A stretch of DNA of 64,000 nucleotides from a bacterium (GCA_021849805.1 JAJZSL010000002.1:560-64559); one strand, 5' to 3'. Shown: positions 37,996 to 49,710, counted from the stretch's first letter. Numbers and translations are program-made. The notes: a model not told the origin generated them from the letters alone.

Positions 37996-39054
37996 ATGAC
38001 CATGAATGAGAAGTTTCTCCTACGTAAAATCATTCATCTGGATATGGACTGTTTCTATGCTGCTGTAGAAATGAGAGAGCAGCCGTGGCTAATAGGTCAC
38101 CCGATTGCTGTTGGTGGAGATGGCCCTCGCAGCGTGATCACTACCTGCAACTATGAAGCTCGTCGTTTTGGCATTCACTCTGGAATGTCTGGCAGACTGG
38201 CTAAGAAGAAATGTCCAATACTTCGATTCTTACCTGTGCGTATGGAACTCTATGAACAGGAAGCAGTCCGCCTGAGAGCTCTTTTCCGGGAATATACACC
38301 ACTCGTTGAGCCGTTAGCTCTTGACGAAGCTTTTCTCGATGTGACCAATCATAGCAGGTATGCTTGGGATCTTGCCAAAGAGTTAAGAGCTCGCATTATA
38401 AAGTCAACAGGCTTGAGTGCTTCAGCTGGTATTGCTCCCAATAAAATGCTCGCTAAAATCGCTAGCGAATGGCGAAAACCGAATGGTCAATTTGCTATTT
38501 TACCTCATGAAATTCCAACATTTATGGCTCTGCTACCGATTGAAAAAATCTGGGGAATTGGTCCTAAAAGTGCTCAACGTCTTCACTCCTCTGGTATTAG
38601 AAGCTGTGGTGATTTGCAGCGTCTCAGTCTCCTTCAAATGACCGAACAGTTCGGGAAATGGGGGAGAGAACTCTACTACCTTGCTCGTGGAGAAGATCAT
38701 CGTGAAGTGGTGACTCATCGGATTGCTAAGTCACTTAGTCATGAGAAAACTTTTCCTCAGGATCTTATGACCTTACGAGCTTCTTCTCAAGCAATGCATG
38801 CTCTGGCCTCCGAGATGCTCTTAGAGTACCATCTCAAAGCTCCAGAGCGATCGATTCATAAAGCCTTCATCAAAATAAAATTTGCTGATTTTAAAAAAAT
38901 CACCAAAGAGTTTTCCTGCTCCCAGGCTAACGAGGCAACCTATCAATGGCTTCTGCAGGAAGTTTATCAGCGGAACCAGCAACCGATACGACTACTGGGG
39001 GCAGGCATTCGATTTGCTGAGGAAAAGAAATTTTTTCAAGCAGAACTTTTCTAA
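37996..39054 (+). CDS. dinB: DNA polymerase IV (Y-family)
   Basis: IIHLDMDCFYAAVEM, ..LSLDEAFLDVT-like LALDEAFLDVT, ..SAGIAPNKMLAKIAS.. motifs. Confidence 0.9.
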   Translation: MTMNEKFLLRKIIHLDMDCFYAAVEMREQPWLIGHPIAVGGDGPRSVITTCNYEARRFGIHSGMSGRLAKKKCPILRFLPVRMELYEQEAVRLRALFREYTPLVEPLALDEAFLDVTNHSRYAWDLAKELRARIIKSTGLSASAGIAPNKMLAKIASEWRKPNGQFAILPHEIPTFMALLPIEKIWGIGPKSAQRLHSSGIRSCGDLQRLSLLQMTEQFGKWGRELYYLARGEDHREVVTHRIAKSLSHEKTFPQDLMTLRASSQAMHALASEMLLEYHLKAPERSIHKAFIKIKFADFKKITKEFSCSQANEATYQWLLQEVYQRNQQPIRLLGAGIRFAEEKKFFQAELF

Positions 39055-39109
39055 AATCTTTCCCAAAAAGTCAGAGTCATTCTTCCTCCACTTTGAGATA
39101 GAATATACT

Positions 39110-39568
39110 CTAGAGCGAGGATAAGAGACGCTGAAGAATGGTGCTCACGGTTCGTCCATCAGCTCTTCCTGCTATTTTGGCTTGTGCCACTTTCATCACA
39201 GCTCCCATCTGGGCCTTAGAAGTTGCTCCTACTTCCTCAAGAGCCTCTTGAATGAGGGAAGCGAGTTCTTCTTCTGAGAGCTCTTGAGGCAAGTAATGGC
39301 GAATGAGAGCAATTTCTCTCTTTTCCTTTTCAGCAAGCTCAAGGCGACCTCCTTGCTCAAAGCTCCGAGAAGAATCTTCACGCTGTTTAATCTGTTTGCG
39401 CAGTAGAAGTAGAACATCCTCATCGGTAAGCGTGGTTGCTGCTCCTCCTTTTTCAAGGGCTGCGTATTTTAGTGCAGACTTGAGCATGCGCAGCGTTGCC
39501 ACTTCAAAAGTGTGGCGAGCTTTCATCGCCTCTTTGAGATCGGAGTCAATTTTTTCTAGAAGATTCAT
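39110..39568 (-). CDS. GatB/YqeY domain protein
   Basis: MNLLEKIDSDLKEAMKARHTFEVATLRMLKSALK.. and ..GRADGRTVSTILQRLL are typical of YqeY. Confidence 0.8.
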   Translation of the reverse strand: MNLLEKIDSDLKEAMKARHTFEVATLRMLKSALKYAALEKGGAATTLTDEDVLLLLRKQIKQREDSSRSFEQGGRLELAEKEKREIALIRHYLPQELSEEELASLIQEALEEVGATSKAQMGAVMKVAQAKIAGRADGRTVSTILQRLLSSL

Positions 39569-39585
39569 GATCTATAAAAGCTCTT

Positions 39586-39990
39586 TTAAGGGCGCTGCTT
39601 GACACGGAGCTTGGCTAATGAGCGTTGTAGAGAATCCTCTAGAGTAGCTAATTCCTCTTTGGAAAGCCGATTTGCTTTGATCACTTCTTGAGCTTCAGCT
39701 ATTTCAGTGAGAACTTCTTGCTCATTGATCTCTCCTGCTTCCATGGCCATGTCTGTAAGAACAGAAACACGATCTGGACGCACTTCCAAGAAGCCTCCTC
39801 CCACAGCAAAACGGATCTCCTTTCCTTGTTGGTGGAAACGTAATTCTCCAGGAAGAATCTGCGTCATGAAAGGGACATGTTGCGGGAGAATGCCAAGTTC
39901 TCCTTCCACACCAGGAACGAGAACATCACTCACCTCTGCTTGAAAAGCGAGTGCTTCGGGAGTGACGATTTGAAGGTGCAAGGTGGACAT
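39586..39990 (-). CDS. atpC: F1 ATP synthase epsilon subunit
   Basis: 134 aa with L.L.IVTPE... at the N-terminus. Located 5 bp downstream of atpD. Confidence 0.9.
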   Translation of the reverse strand: MSTLHLQIVTPEALAFQAEVSDVLVPGVEGELGILPQHVPFMTQILPGELRFHQQGKEIRFAVGGGFLEVRPDRVSVLTDMAMEAGEINEQEVLTEIAEAQEVIKANRLSKEELATLEDSLQRSLAKLRVKQRP

Positions 39991-39995
39991 GCTGT

Positions 39996-41450
<1,455 letters not shown>

Positions 41451-41515
41451 TTAAAAGTTGATGGAGAGGCATGAGATTCTAAAAGAAGAGAGAAGAATGA
41501 TTCTTTTTCCAAAAA

Positions 41516-42415
41516 TTAGTTAAGGACCATTTGAGCCGTGGTGATTTCTAGGAGCTCCGTGGTGATACTAGCTTGACGTGCTTTGTTGTATTCTAAGGTC
41601 AGATCTTTCACCAGTTTCTTAGCATTATCGGTAGCAGCTTTCATGGCAACCATACGAGCACTCTGCTCGGAAGCACGCTCTTCGAGGATTTTTTGAAAAA
41701 CCTCAAAATGGAAAGAATAGGGTAAAATAGCATCGAGCACACTCTCTACAGTTGGCTCAAAGAGATATTCTCCGGTAGCTTCTCCATCGGGAAGTGCTTT
41801 TCTAGAAGAAGAGGTGCTGGAAGCAAGAGCAGAAGGAGTCTCTCCACTTTTCCTTTCCATGGTGATAGGAAGTAATTGGAGATGGAGAGGACGCTGTATC
41901 AGAGTGTTAATAAACTTAGGATAGAGAATGGTGACTCGATCGACTGCGCCAGAGAGAAACTGATCTAAACAGAGTTGGGAAATAGGCTTTGTTTGGGCAG
42001 AGGTAGGATGATCGGGTAGTGAAAAATCAGCAATCATCCGATAGCCAGTGCGCTGAAGAAAAGCAGATCCTTTACGTCCTAGAGCAATAAAGAGTGTTGA
42101 TTGATGGTCCAGGAGAGCAGCATCTCGGAGTACGTGAGTATTGAGAGCTCCACAGAGTCCTTTGTCAGAAGTGAGCAGAAGGACAAGTGTCTTTTTAACA
42201 TCACGTCGAGCCAGTAGAGGATGAGCTTCCTCATCGATATGATCGCACAAAGAGACAAGAACATCATTGAGGACCTCTCCATAAGGACGTCCAGCTGTTG
42301 CTGCTTGTTGAGCACGACGCATCTTAGAAGCGGCAACCATTTCCATGGCTTTGGTAATTTGAGCAGTACTCTTAACCGACTTGATGCGGCGGCGAATGTC
42401 GCGGGTATTAGGCAT
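41516..42415 (-). CDS. atpG: F1 ATP synthase gamma subunit
   Basis: N-terminal ..IRRRIKSVKSTAQITKAMEMVAASKMRRAQ and C-terminal ..ITTELLEI.. motifs. Confidence 0.95.
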   Translation of the reverse strand: MPNTRDIRRRIKSVKSTAQITKAMEMVAASKMRRAQQAATAGRPYGEVLNDVLVSLCDHIDEEAHPLLARRDVKKTLVLLLTSDKGLCGALNTHVLRDAALLDHQSTLFIALGRKGSAFLQRTGYRMIADFSLPDHPTSAQTKPISQLCLDQFLSGAVDRVTILYPKFINTLIQRPLHLQLLPITMERKSGETPSALASSTSSSRKALPDGEATGEYLFEPTVESVLDAILPYSFHFEVFQKILEERASEQSARMVAMKAATDNAKKLVKDLTLEYNKARQASITTELLEITTAQMVLN

Positions 42416-42502
42416 GTTTGAGAATCAATTCGTTTGGAGGATGAAGCTGCTAGAAGAAGTTAGAATCAATCATGAGCATCTATTCCCCTGAGAGCTAAAA
42501 AA

Positions 42503-44044
42503 CTAATCAAGAACAACAATGTTTCTGAACTCTTCAAGAGCTTCTTGGAATTCTTTTTCTAATGCTTGATCAAAAGCTTTTTTTGTGAGCAGATCGTTGA
42601 GGAGGGATCCCTTACGGGTGAGTAAGAACTCCTCCATTTTTGCTTGATACGCTTTGATTTTCTCAACAGCAACATTATTAAAATATCCCTGTTGCATGGC
42701 CCAGAGAATGGCTGCTTGTAACTCCACGGAGAGAGGGTGATGTCCAGCCTGCTTGAAAAGCTCGACAATACGCTGACCACGGTCCAGTTGAGCTTTGGTA
42801 CGAGCATCAAGATCACTTCCAAATTGTGCAAAAGCTGCCAATTCACGATACTGAGCCAGATCTCCTTTGAGCTTTCCTGCGACTTGTTTCATCGCTTTAA
42901 TTTGAGCTGCAGAGCCAACACGAGAAACAGAAAGTCCCACCGAAATAGCCGGACGAATACCTTGATAGAAAAGATCTGTTTCTAGATAGATTTGACCATC
43001 GGTGATGGAAATCACATTGGTTGGAATGTAGGCCGAGACATCTCCTGCTTGTGTTTCAATAATAGGAAGAGCTGTGAGTGATCCATTGCCTGCTTTCTCA
43101 CTGAGGCGTGCAGAACGCTCGAGTAAGCGGCTATGCAAGTAGAAAACATCACCGGGATAAGCCTCACGTCCAGAAGGACGCTTGAGAAGAAGAGCAATTT
43201 GACGATAAGCTACAGCATGCTTGGAGAGATCATCAAAGATGATTAAGGCATCCATCCCATGATCCATGAACCATTCTCCCATCGCTGCTCCAGCAAAAGG
43301 AGCAATGTATTGGTCAGCAGCTTGAGTGGATGCTGTGGAGGAAATCACAATGGTGTACTTGAGTGCATCATGAGCTTCGAGTGCACTAATAACACGAGCA
43401 ACGTTGGCGACACGTTGACCAATGGCCACGTAGATCGAGTAGAGAGGACGGAAATGAGGATCTCCACTCTCTTCACCAGCACGGTTAATGCGGGCTTGGT
43501 TAATCATTGTATCAATAGCAATCGTAGTTTTTCCGGTGGCACGATCACCGATAATAAGTTCACGCTGACCACGACCAATAGGCACCATAGCATCAATGGC
43601 CATGATTCCTGTTTGGACTGGCTGGCTAACACTCTGGCGCTTGATAATACCAGGAGCAATTTTCTCTACAGGATAAAACTCACTACTACCCAGATCCCCT
43701 TTTCCATCAAGAGGGCGACCGAGAGCATCAAGAACACGACCAAGAAGTTTTTTCCCAACAGGAACTTGAAGCAAGCGACCAGTAGTGGTGACTTCGTCTC
43801 CTTCACTAATTTTTGTGTAATCACCAAGAATAATCGCTCCTACTTCGGTCTCCTCTAAATTGAGAGCCAAACCATAGATACCCCCAGGAAATTGCAACAT
43901 TTCATTGAGCATGACTTCACTAAGGCCTTCAATTCTGGCTACTCCATCACCTAGCTCTCGGACAACGCCCACATTACTTTTAGTAACAGCGGAGGAGTGA
44001 AAGGCTTCAATTTTTTGTTCTAGTTCTTGTAGGAGAGTACTCAT
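42503..44044 (-). CDS. atpA: F1 ATP synthase alpha subunit
   Basis: Walker [10 protein letters not shown], ..[20 protein letters not shown]... Confidence 0.97.
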   Translation of the reverse strand: MSTLLQELEQKIEAFHSSAVTKSNVGVVRELGDGVARIEGLSEVMLNEMLQFPGGIYGLALNLEETEVGAIILGDYTKISEGDEVTTTGRLLQVPVGKKLLGRVLDALGRPLDGKGDLGSSEFYPVEKIAPGIIKRQSVSQPVQTGIMAIDAMVPIGRGQRELIIGDRATGKTTIAIDTMINQARINRAGEESGDPHFRPLYSIYVAIGQRVANVARVISALEAHDALKYTIVISSTASTQAADQYIAPFAGAAMGEWFMDHGMDALIIFDDLSKHAVAYRQIALLLKRPSGREAYPGDVFYLHSRLLERSARLSEKAGNGSLTALPIIETQAGDVSAYIPTNVISITDGQIYLETDLFYQGIRPAISVGLSVSRVGSAAQIKAMKQVAGKLKGDLAQYRELAAFAQFGSDLDARTKAQLDRGQRIVELFKQAGHHPLSVELQAAILWAMQQGYFNNVAVEKIKAYQAKMEEFLLTRKGSLLNDLLTKKAFDQALEKEFQEALEEFRNIVVLD

Positions 44045-44201
44045 AGTGGAAGTTAAAAGTTAGCGGTGAGTTAGCATGAAAAAGAAGTAAGAAAATAGGA
44101 AAGAGAAGATATTGGAGAAAAAATGCTACTTGATTTTTGGGTTGTTGAGAAAAAAGTGATTTCTGGTGGAGTTGTAGTAGGATATCCTCAGTCAGTAGTC
44201 T

Positions 44202-44597
44202 CTAGAGAGAGGTAGGGGCTTTTATCTTCTCTAGTTTGGCGGCCACACTTCCATCCCAGACATCACTCCCAAGACGGATGCGCACCCCTCCTAGAAGAGA
44301 AGGCTCGAGTGCCACTGCAATAGTTGCTTGATCATCACGTGCTCGAAGAGCCGCCGTTATTTGAGCTTCTGAGCAAGCATCTAGAGGAGTAGCACTTTGG
44401 ATGAGAGCTTCGTGAGTATTGAGCTCGAGCCGTACTAAGCGCATCAGTTCTTGAAGGATGGCATCAACAAAACGTGGTCGTGAGCTCAGGAGAGTATCAG
44501 CTAGGGCTAAGCATGTTTTTGGATCAAGACGGCCGTTGAGAAAAGAAGCGTCAAAGAGTCGACGGGCATGGTGCTTTGCTTCACGAGAAAGTTTCAT
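44202..44597 (-). CDS. atpH: F1 ATP synthase delta (OSCP) subunit, unusually short (131 aa)
   Basis: The C-terminal ..EPSLLGGVRIRLGSDVWDGSVAAKLEKI is the delta hallmark. The position between atpF and atpA supports the call. Confidence 0.8.
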   Translation of the reverse strand: MKLSREAKHHARRLFDASFLNGRLDPKTCLALADTLLSSRPRFVDAILQELMRLVRLELNTHEALIQSATPLDACSEAQITAALRARDDQATIAVALEPSLLGGVRIRLGSDVWDGSVAAKLEKIKAPTSL

Positions 44598-44617
44598 GGC
44601 TCTATGCAGGTGTTCAG

Positions 44618-45127
44618 TTACGACGTGAGTACAGCAGCAGTTTCTTTGGCGAGGCGCTGTTGATCTTCTGGAGTAAGGATTTTTCCAGTTACCTTAGCAG
44701 TGGTTGCCACAACGAGTTGGAGCATTTCACCTTTCACCTCCTCAATCATGCGCTGACGATCAATAGCCATGACTTCTTGAGCTCGAGCAAGAATGTTCTC
44801 AGCTTCCTTAATGGCACGTTGTGTCTCCTTGGCCATAAAACTTTCTGCACTAGCATGTGCTTCTTGAATCATTCTTTGGGCATCGAGATTGGCTTTGCGA
44901 AGAATTTCCTCATAGCGCACTTCTGCTTCTGCTAATTGCTTTTTGATTTTCTCAGCATTAAGTTGAGCTTCTTCAATGCGGTGGCGGCGCTCTTCAAGCA
45001 TCGCAAGAACAGGTGCAAAGGCATAGCGACGCAGAATAGAGTAGACAATGAGAAAGAGAATCGTTTGAGCCAAAAACTTTGGCCAATCGACTCCAAAATT
45101 TTCGAAGAGATCGGTAAGTACTTTCAT
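44618..45127 (-). CDS. atpF: Fo ATP synthase subunit b
   Basis: N-terminal TM segment (FLAQTILFLIVYSIL), then a long charged helix. Confidence 0.9.
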   Translation of the reverse strand: MKVLTDLFENFGVDWPKFLAQTILFLIVYSILRRYAFAPVLAMLEERRHRIEEAQLNAEKIKKQLAEAEVRYEEILRKANLDAQRMIQEAHASAESFMAKETQRAIKEAENILARAQEVMAIDRQRMIEEVKGEMLQLVVATTAKVTGKILTPEDQQRLAKETAAVLTS

Positions 45128-45319
45128 GAAATCATTCTCTGCAATGGAGTAAGAATCCTTTTAAGAAGAAAAGGTAACAACTTGTATAATGAAGAGTTGG
45201 GGAAAAATGACGAAGAGGAGGATCCCTTAAAAATTTACTAGCAATGAGAAGTCACTGAGGAACTCTTTGAAGTAGAGCTGCAACTGCAAGAGCAAGTAAA
45301 ATTTTTAAGGGAATGAATG

Positions 45320-45559
45320 TTATTGACCAGTGAAAGCACGAATGAGTGCGTAGATCGCAATCGATTCAGCAAGAGCCATGCCAATAATGGAGAGTGTGAG
45401 AACACGGCCGAAGGAGCCTGGATTACGGCCAATAGCCTCAACAGCCTTAGCTCCAATAAAACCGATGCTCAAAGCAGCTCCAGCGCCTGCAACACCAAGG
45501 GTGAAGCTACCGGTGATGCCTGAAGTAGCGGCATCAGCTAATAGTGTAGGAATAATCAT
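45320..45559 (-). CDS. atpE: Fo ATP synthase subunit c
   Basis: Two-TM hairpin with ..GAKAVEAIGRNP.. and the carboxylate helix ..GMALAESIAIYAL... Start moved to the ATG at 45559 (79 aa). Confidence 0.9.
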   Translation of the reverse strand: MIIPTLLADAATSGITGSFTLGVAGAGAALSIGFIGAKAVEAIGRNPGSFGRVLTLSIIGMALAESIAIYALIRAFTGQ

Positions 45560-45646
45560 AGATGTAGGTTGGTTGTATATGTATGTTCGTTCCCGCTCGC
45601 ACACTTGGCACGATCCCGAGAACAAAAGTGGTTATAGAATTGTTGG

Positions 45647-46501
45647 TTAGTGATTTTCAGCTTCCTCTTCCTCATGACTTGTGGAGAGATTGAGATAAAC
45701 AGCACAGAGTAGAGCAAAAACAAAAGCTTGAAGAACTCCAATGAGAAGTTCCAGAAAGTAAAAGGGAACAGGTAGAAGAACACTCGTGAGCTTAGCCAGC
45801 CAAATGGGGAAGTGTAAGGTTTCTCCCATGGCCATCATCGTGTTCATGAGATTTTCTCCTGCAAAAACATTTCCAAAAAGTCGCAAGGAAAGGGAAACAG
45901 GACGAATAAGAATCGAGATCACCTCAATAATTCCTACAAAGAAGAAAATAGGCATCAGCAGAAAAGACATGATTCCTTGAACACCACCTTTGACTCCAAA
46001 GAGATGTTTTAAGAAAGCTCGAAGACCTACTTCTTGTAATGTCCATAAGAGCCAGAAGAACATAAAGACCACGGCTAGGCCGATGGTGGTGTTCATATCA
46101 GCAGTAGCTGGCCTGAGAAGCGGTAAGAACTCACCATTGTTTTCTTGCCAACCCAGAGAACCAACTCCAGGAAGCAAGCCAAACCAATTGGAAGCAACAA
46201 TGTAGAGAAAAAGAGTGGCTAGAAGAGAAAAGGCTTTTCCAATCACATGCTTGCCGACAATTCCTTCAAAAAACTCATAAAGTCCAGCAACAATAAATTC
46301 AAAAAAGTTCTGTCTCCCTGAGGGAATAAGCTCCATGTTTCGAGTCGAGGAGTGCGCCCACCAAACCAAGAGGACCATCAGCAACAGAGAGACAAAGATC
46401 GAATTGGTCAGCCAATCTTGAGTCATCCACTCTTTCAGTGCCTTAGCAAAAATTGGTTCCGCTTCCATAGGAACAATCGATGCGAGAGTGGAGAGGAGCA
46501 T
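45647..46501 (-). CDS. atpB: Fo ATP synthase subunit a
   Basis: Polytopic protein with ..SLSLRLFGNVFAGE.. (essential Arg helix). First gene of the operon. Confidence 0.9.
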   Translation of the reverse strand: MLLSTLASIVPMEAEPIFAKALKEWMTQDWLTNSIFVSLLLMVLLVWWAHSSTRNMELIPSGRQNFFEFIVAGLYEFFEGIVGKHVIGKAFSLLATLFLYIVASNWFGLLPGVGSLGWQENNGEFLPLLRPATADMNTTIGLAVVFMFFWLLWTLQEVGLRAFLKHLFGVKGGVQGIMSFLLMPIFFFVGIIEVISILIRPVSLSLRLFGNVFAGENLMNTMMAMGETLHFPIWLAKLTSVLLPVPFYFLELLIGVLQAFVFALLCAVYLNLSTSHEEEEAENH

Positions 46502-46867
46502 GTTGAGAAACTAAGACAATAACGTTGGGATCAATGAAAAATAGAGGTTCGAGAATATAGAGCTCTCACACTATTTTGACAAGAGAGATTTTTTGCTTTT
46601 TATCTTCTCCTCTTCTAAAAGAGGGGCTATCCTCTATCTTTTTTTAGATCGTTAAATCAAAAAAAGTCAAAAAATCTATTTAAGTGCTCCACTGTTTTTA
46701 ATGATTCTTTTTAATTTTTTCTAAGAGTTAGGAAAGAGTTAGAAAAAACTGGAGAGACTTCTAAGCTGCGAGAAAACTTCTGAAGGTTTTATATTTTTTC
46801 TTCAATATTCTATTATCATTGAACTCTCAGAGGAGCCACAACGAGCATTATCGCATCATCAATACCA

Positions 46868-49237
46868 ATGAGCATGTACTTTCCTTCCAGTGATTCTTCC
46901 TCCATTGGATCAAATATTAAGTCAAATTCTACGGACCTGGAATCCTCTTCAGCAGCCAGCTCTTCTCAACAATTGGCAACATGGAGTGGAGTGGGCTTAA
47001 CCATTCCTAGTCCAGACGAACAACAGGCTAACCGCACAATTTTTCAAAAATTCTGTGATAAAGCTTATGCTACCTTTCTTGGCGTGCCACAAACATTGCT
47101 GAGGATGTACCATTCAATAACAGGTTGGGCTGATCCTGAAGTTCTCAAGACTCGTAGTGCTCGCATCAACGCTCTCTTCTCTGGAAACAAAAAAATAGCA
47201 GAACTTGAGTATCAGAAATTAGAAGCACAAAAACGGCGGGATAACTTTCTCGTTCTTGGAGCTGAGATTAAAATATCTAATTTAAAAAAAGCAATAGCCT
47301 TGGAGCGAGGGGATCATGAAGTTGCTGAGGCTTATAGAAATGCAGCAGTTAGTTTTGAGAAAGAGTTTTCTTTGCTCCAGAAGCAAGCAGAAGAGCTAGA
47401 GAAAGGGGATACTAGTGGGGTAGCAGAGATTTATGCGAGGGCTGCAGAAGCGAGTCATCATGCTGCCAAGGCCTATGGAGAACAAGCAGTGGTCTTAGAG
47501 CGAGAGGATCATGGAGTTGCTGAGGCTTATCGAAATGCAGCAGTTAGTTTTGAGAAGGAGTTTCTTTTTCTTAAGCAGCAAGCAGAAGAGCTAAAGAAAG
47601 GGGATACTAGTGGGATGGCAGGGATTTATGCGAGGGCTGCAGAAGCGAGTCAATATGCTGCCAAGGCCTATGGAGAACAAGCAGTGAGATTGCCTCAATA
47701 TGTAGAAGATTTATCAATTCCTCAATGTTACGCTTACATAGCTCAGAATTATGCTTATCAAGCTGATTCTCTTCATAAGAAAGCGAAAGTCTTTGGAGAT
47801 ACTCAAGACATAAACAAACAAACGGAATTAGCGAAAATTTATGAACAGTCAGCTCAAGCTAATCGTGCTGCTGCTCAGGCCTATGAAGCACAAGCAGTGG
47901 CCTTAGAGCGAGAGGATCATGGAGTTGCTGAGGCTTATCGAAATGCAGCAGTTAGTTTTGAGAAGGAGTTTCTTTTTCTTAAGCAGCAAGCAGAAGAGCT
48001 AAAGAAAGGGGATACTAGTGGGATGGCAGGGATTTATGCGAGGGCTGCAGAAGCGAGTCAATATGCTGCCAAGGCCTATGGAGAACAAGCAGTGAGATTG
48101 CCTCAATATGTAGAAGATTTATCAATTCCTCAATGTTACGCTTACATAGCTCAGAATTATGCTTATCAAGCTGATTCTCTTCATAAGAAAGCGAAAGTCT
48201 TTGGAGATACTCAAGACATAAACAAACAAACGGAATTAGCGAAAATTTATGAACAGTCAGCTCAAGCTAATCGTGCTGCTGCTCAGGCCTATGAAGCACA
48301 AGCAGTGGCCTTAGAGCGAGAGGATCATGGAGTTGCTCAGGTGTATGGAAATGCAGCAGTTAGTTTTGAGAAAGAGTTTCTTTTTCTTAAGCAGCAAGCA
48401 GAAGAGCTAAAGAAAGGGGATACTAGTGGGATAGCAGGGATTTATGAACAGACTGCGAAAGCTTCTCAAATGTTAGGTGAAATGTATTTGAAGAAGACAG
48501 GTTATTTATTAAGTGGATCGAACAATCAAATCTGTGATCGAATTATCGAAGCGAGTAATTATGAAGTTTCTTATTTCCAGCATCGATATCGAATATGGGT
48601 GTCGAAAGAAAGTGAAGAGGGTGTGCGTGCTGCTCTTTTGGCCTATAATCAATGCGCTATTGAAACAATCAGGAAGGCTAGAGAGCATGATTTAGCAATA
48701 ATAAATACTCCATCCAATCAATCCTTATTAGAGGATCCAGAGCAATCAGAAAGCAATTTTTTTCAAGAAGCTATGTCTTTGGGGGAAAAAGTCGAAGCCA
48801 TGCTTTTTATTCATCTACAGATGATTGAGAATAGCGATAATGCTCAAAAAGAGCAAACATCAGAGATTTCAAAACAGCTCTATTCAAAAGCCAACGCATT
48901 TCGTTTAGAACAATTTGAAGCATTGGAAAATAATGATTTAACTTCAGTAGAAGAGAAGAAAAAAATGGCTATAAATTCTGAAAAGGAAGCATATCACGGT
49001 TCCTTTGGAGGAGTTGATCCAATTTCTTCTACTTATGAGATCACTCGAAAAATTTTTGGTGATGATGAAAAGTATGATGCATTTGAAGCAGAGCGAAGTA
49101 GATTGTTCCGGTTGCCACGCAATGCTCAAACTCCTCAAAAAATTTCTTCCCCTATCACGACAGAGGAAACGTCAGAGAAGAGCCATCATTTGGACTTATC
49201 TTCTGATTCCGATGATGAAGAGGAGTCTAGGCGATAG
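46868..49237 (+). CDS. hypothetical all-alpha repeat protein (ORFan), Ser-rich N-terminus, acidic C-terminus
   Basis: 789-aa uninterrupted ORF with nested 65-aa and 136-aa repeats. No signal peptide and no family recognised. Confidence 0.7.
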   Translation: MSMYFPSSDSSSIGSNIKSNSTDLESSSAASSSQQLATWSGVGLTIPSPDEQQANRTIFQKFCDKAYATFLGVPQTLLRMYHSITGWADPEVLKTRSARINALFSGNKKIAELEYQKLEAQKRRDNFLVLGAEIKISNLKKAIALERGDHEVAEAYRNAAVSFEKEFSLLQKQAEELEKGDTSGVAEIYARAAEASHHAAKAYGEQAVVLEREDHGVAEAYRNAAVSFEKEFLFLKQQAEELKKGDTSGMAGIYARAAEASQYAAKAYGEQAVRLPQYVEDLSIPQCYAYIAQNYAYQADSLHKKAKVFGDTQDINKQTELAKIYEQSAQANRAAAQAYEAQAVALEREDHGVAEAYRNAAVSFEKEFLFLKQQAEELKKGDTSGMAGIYARAAEASQYAAKAYGEQAVRLPQYVEDLSIPQCYAYIAQNYAYQADSLHKKAKVFGDTQDINKQTELAKIYEQSAQANRAAAQAYEAQAVALEREDHGVAQVYGNAAVSFEKEFLFLKQQAEELKKGDTSGIAGIYEQTAKASQMLGEMYLKKTGYLLSGSNNQICDRIIEASNYEVSYFQHRYRIWVSKESEEGVRAALLAYNQCAIETIRKAREHDLAIINTPSNQSLLEDPEQSESNFFQEAMSLGEKVEAMLFIHLQMIENSDNAQKEQTSEISKQLYSKANAFRLEQFEALENNDLTSVEEKKKMAINSEKEAYHGSFGGVDPISSTYEITRKIFGDDEKYDAFEAERSRLFRLPRNAQTPQKISSPITTEETSEKSHHLDLSSDSDDEEESRR
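47291..48470 (+). repeat. In-frame tandem repeat region: 195-bp unit (47291-47485), then two 408-bp units (47486-47893 and 47894-48301), then a partial third unit
   Basis: The two 408-bp units differ at one position by my reading (gtggTctta versus gtggCctta). Each 408-bp unit consists of the 195-bp unit plus a 213-bp linker. Confidence 0.9.
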
Positions 49238-49263
49238 ATTCGTGTTCACTACTCTCCAAAGTA

Positions 49264-49375
49264 AAATGATTTGGGCATTTTAAATAAAATAATAGCCAAT
49301 GGCAGTAGAAGAAACAAGGAGCGCAGAAACTCAGTATATACCCAGTACTTGCAGCTTTGAGTACCAGAGCAGCGC
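49264..49375 (-). repeat. Diverged, inverted relic of family C
   Basis: ..acaaggagcgcagaaactcagtatatacccagtacttgcagctttgagtaccagagcag.. aligns with gaps to the reverse complement of the C unit (gcaaggagcgctggcgcgcagaagaggagtgtatacccagatactcg..ccagagcagtag). Confidence 0.45.
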
Positions 49376-49455
49376 TATAATATATGGCTATAACTTAAGT
49401 TAAAATGCTCTCATAGAGGAGCACTAGCCTAGAAGACTCACTCCATCTATAGTTC

Positions 49456-49484
49456 CGTCATTCCTCCGAATGCGGGAATCCAGG
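49456..49484 (+). repeat. Solo family A terminal hairpin
   Basis: cgtcattcctccgaatgcgggaatccagg matches the A left end, including the trailing atccag. Confidence 0.7.
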
Positions 49485-49635
49485 AGAGTGTCGCTGCAGT
49501 GTTGATGGTTTTATAAAAAAACGGAAAGATGGTTCTTTCTTTTGAAAAAAAGTTGAGAACTTGAAATCAAAAAGGCAAAACGGCAAAAAAGCAAAAACCA
49601 TGCGGATTTTTTTAAGAAAAATCTTTTTGAAAATG

Positions 49636-49710
49636 AGACTGTGAAAAAGCGCTCATCAAGGATATCAGAGGAAAGGTCCTCCAATTTTTTTTAGAAAAGA
49701 GTGATTTGTG
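49636..49710 (+). repeat. Family A tail module, copy T5
   Basis: gactgtgaaaaagcgctcatcaaggatatcagaggaaaggtcctccaattttttttagaaaagagtgatttgtg aligns with T4. Confidence 0.65.

Noticed and set aside
46868-49237. Could the repeat protein be a diversity-generating retroelement target or a phase-variable gene?
   Set aside because: There is no reverse transcriptase or template repeat in the window, and the repeats are in-frame 408-bp units rather than adenine-specific variable regions. Copy-number variation remains possible.
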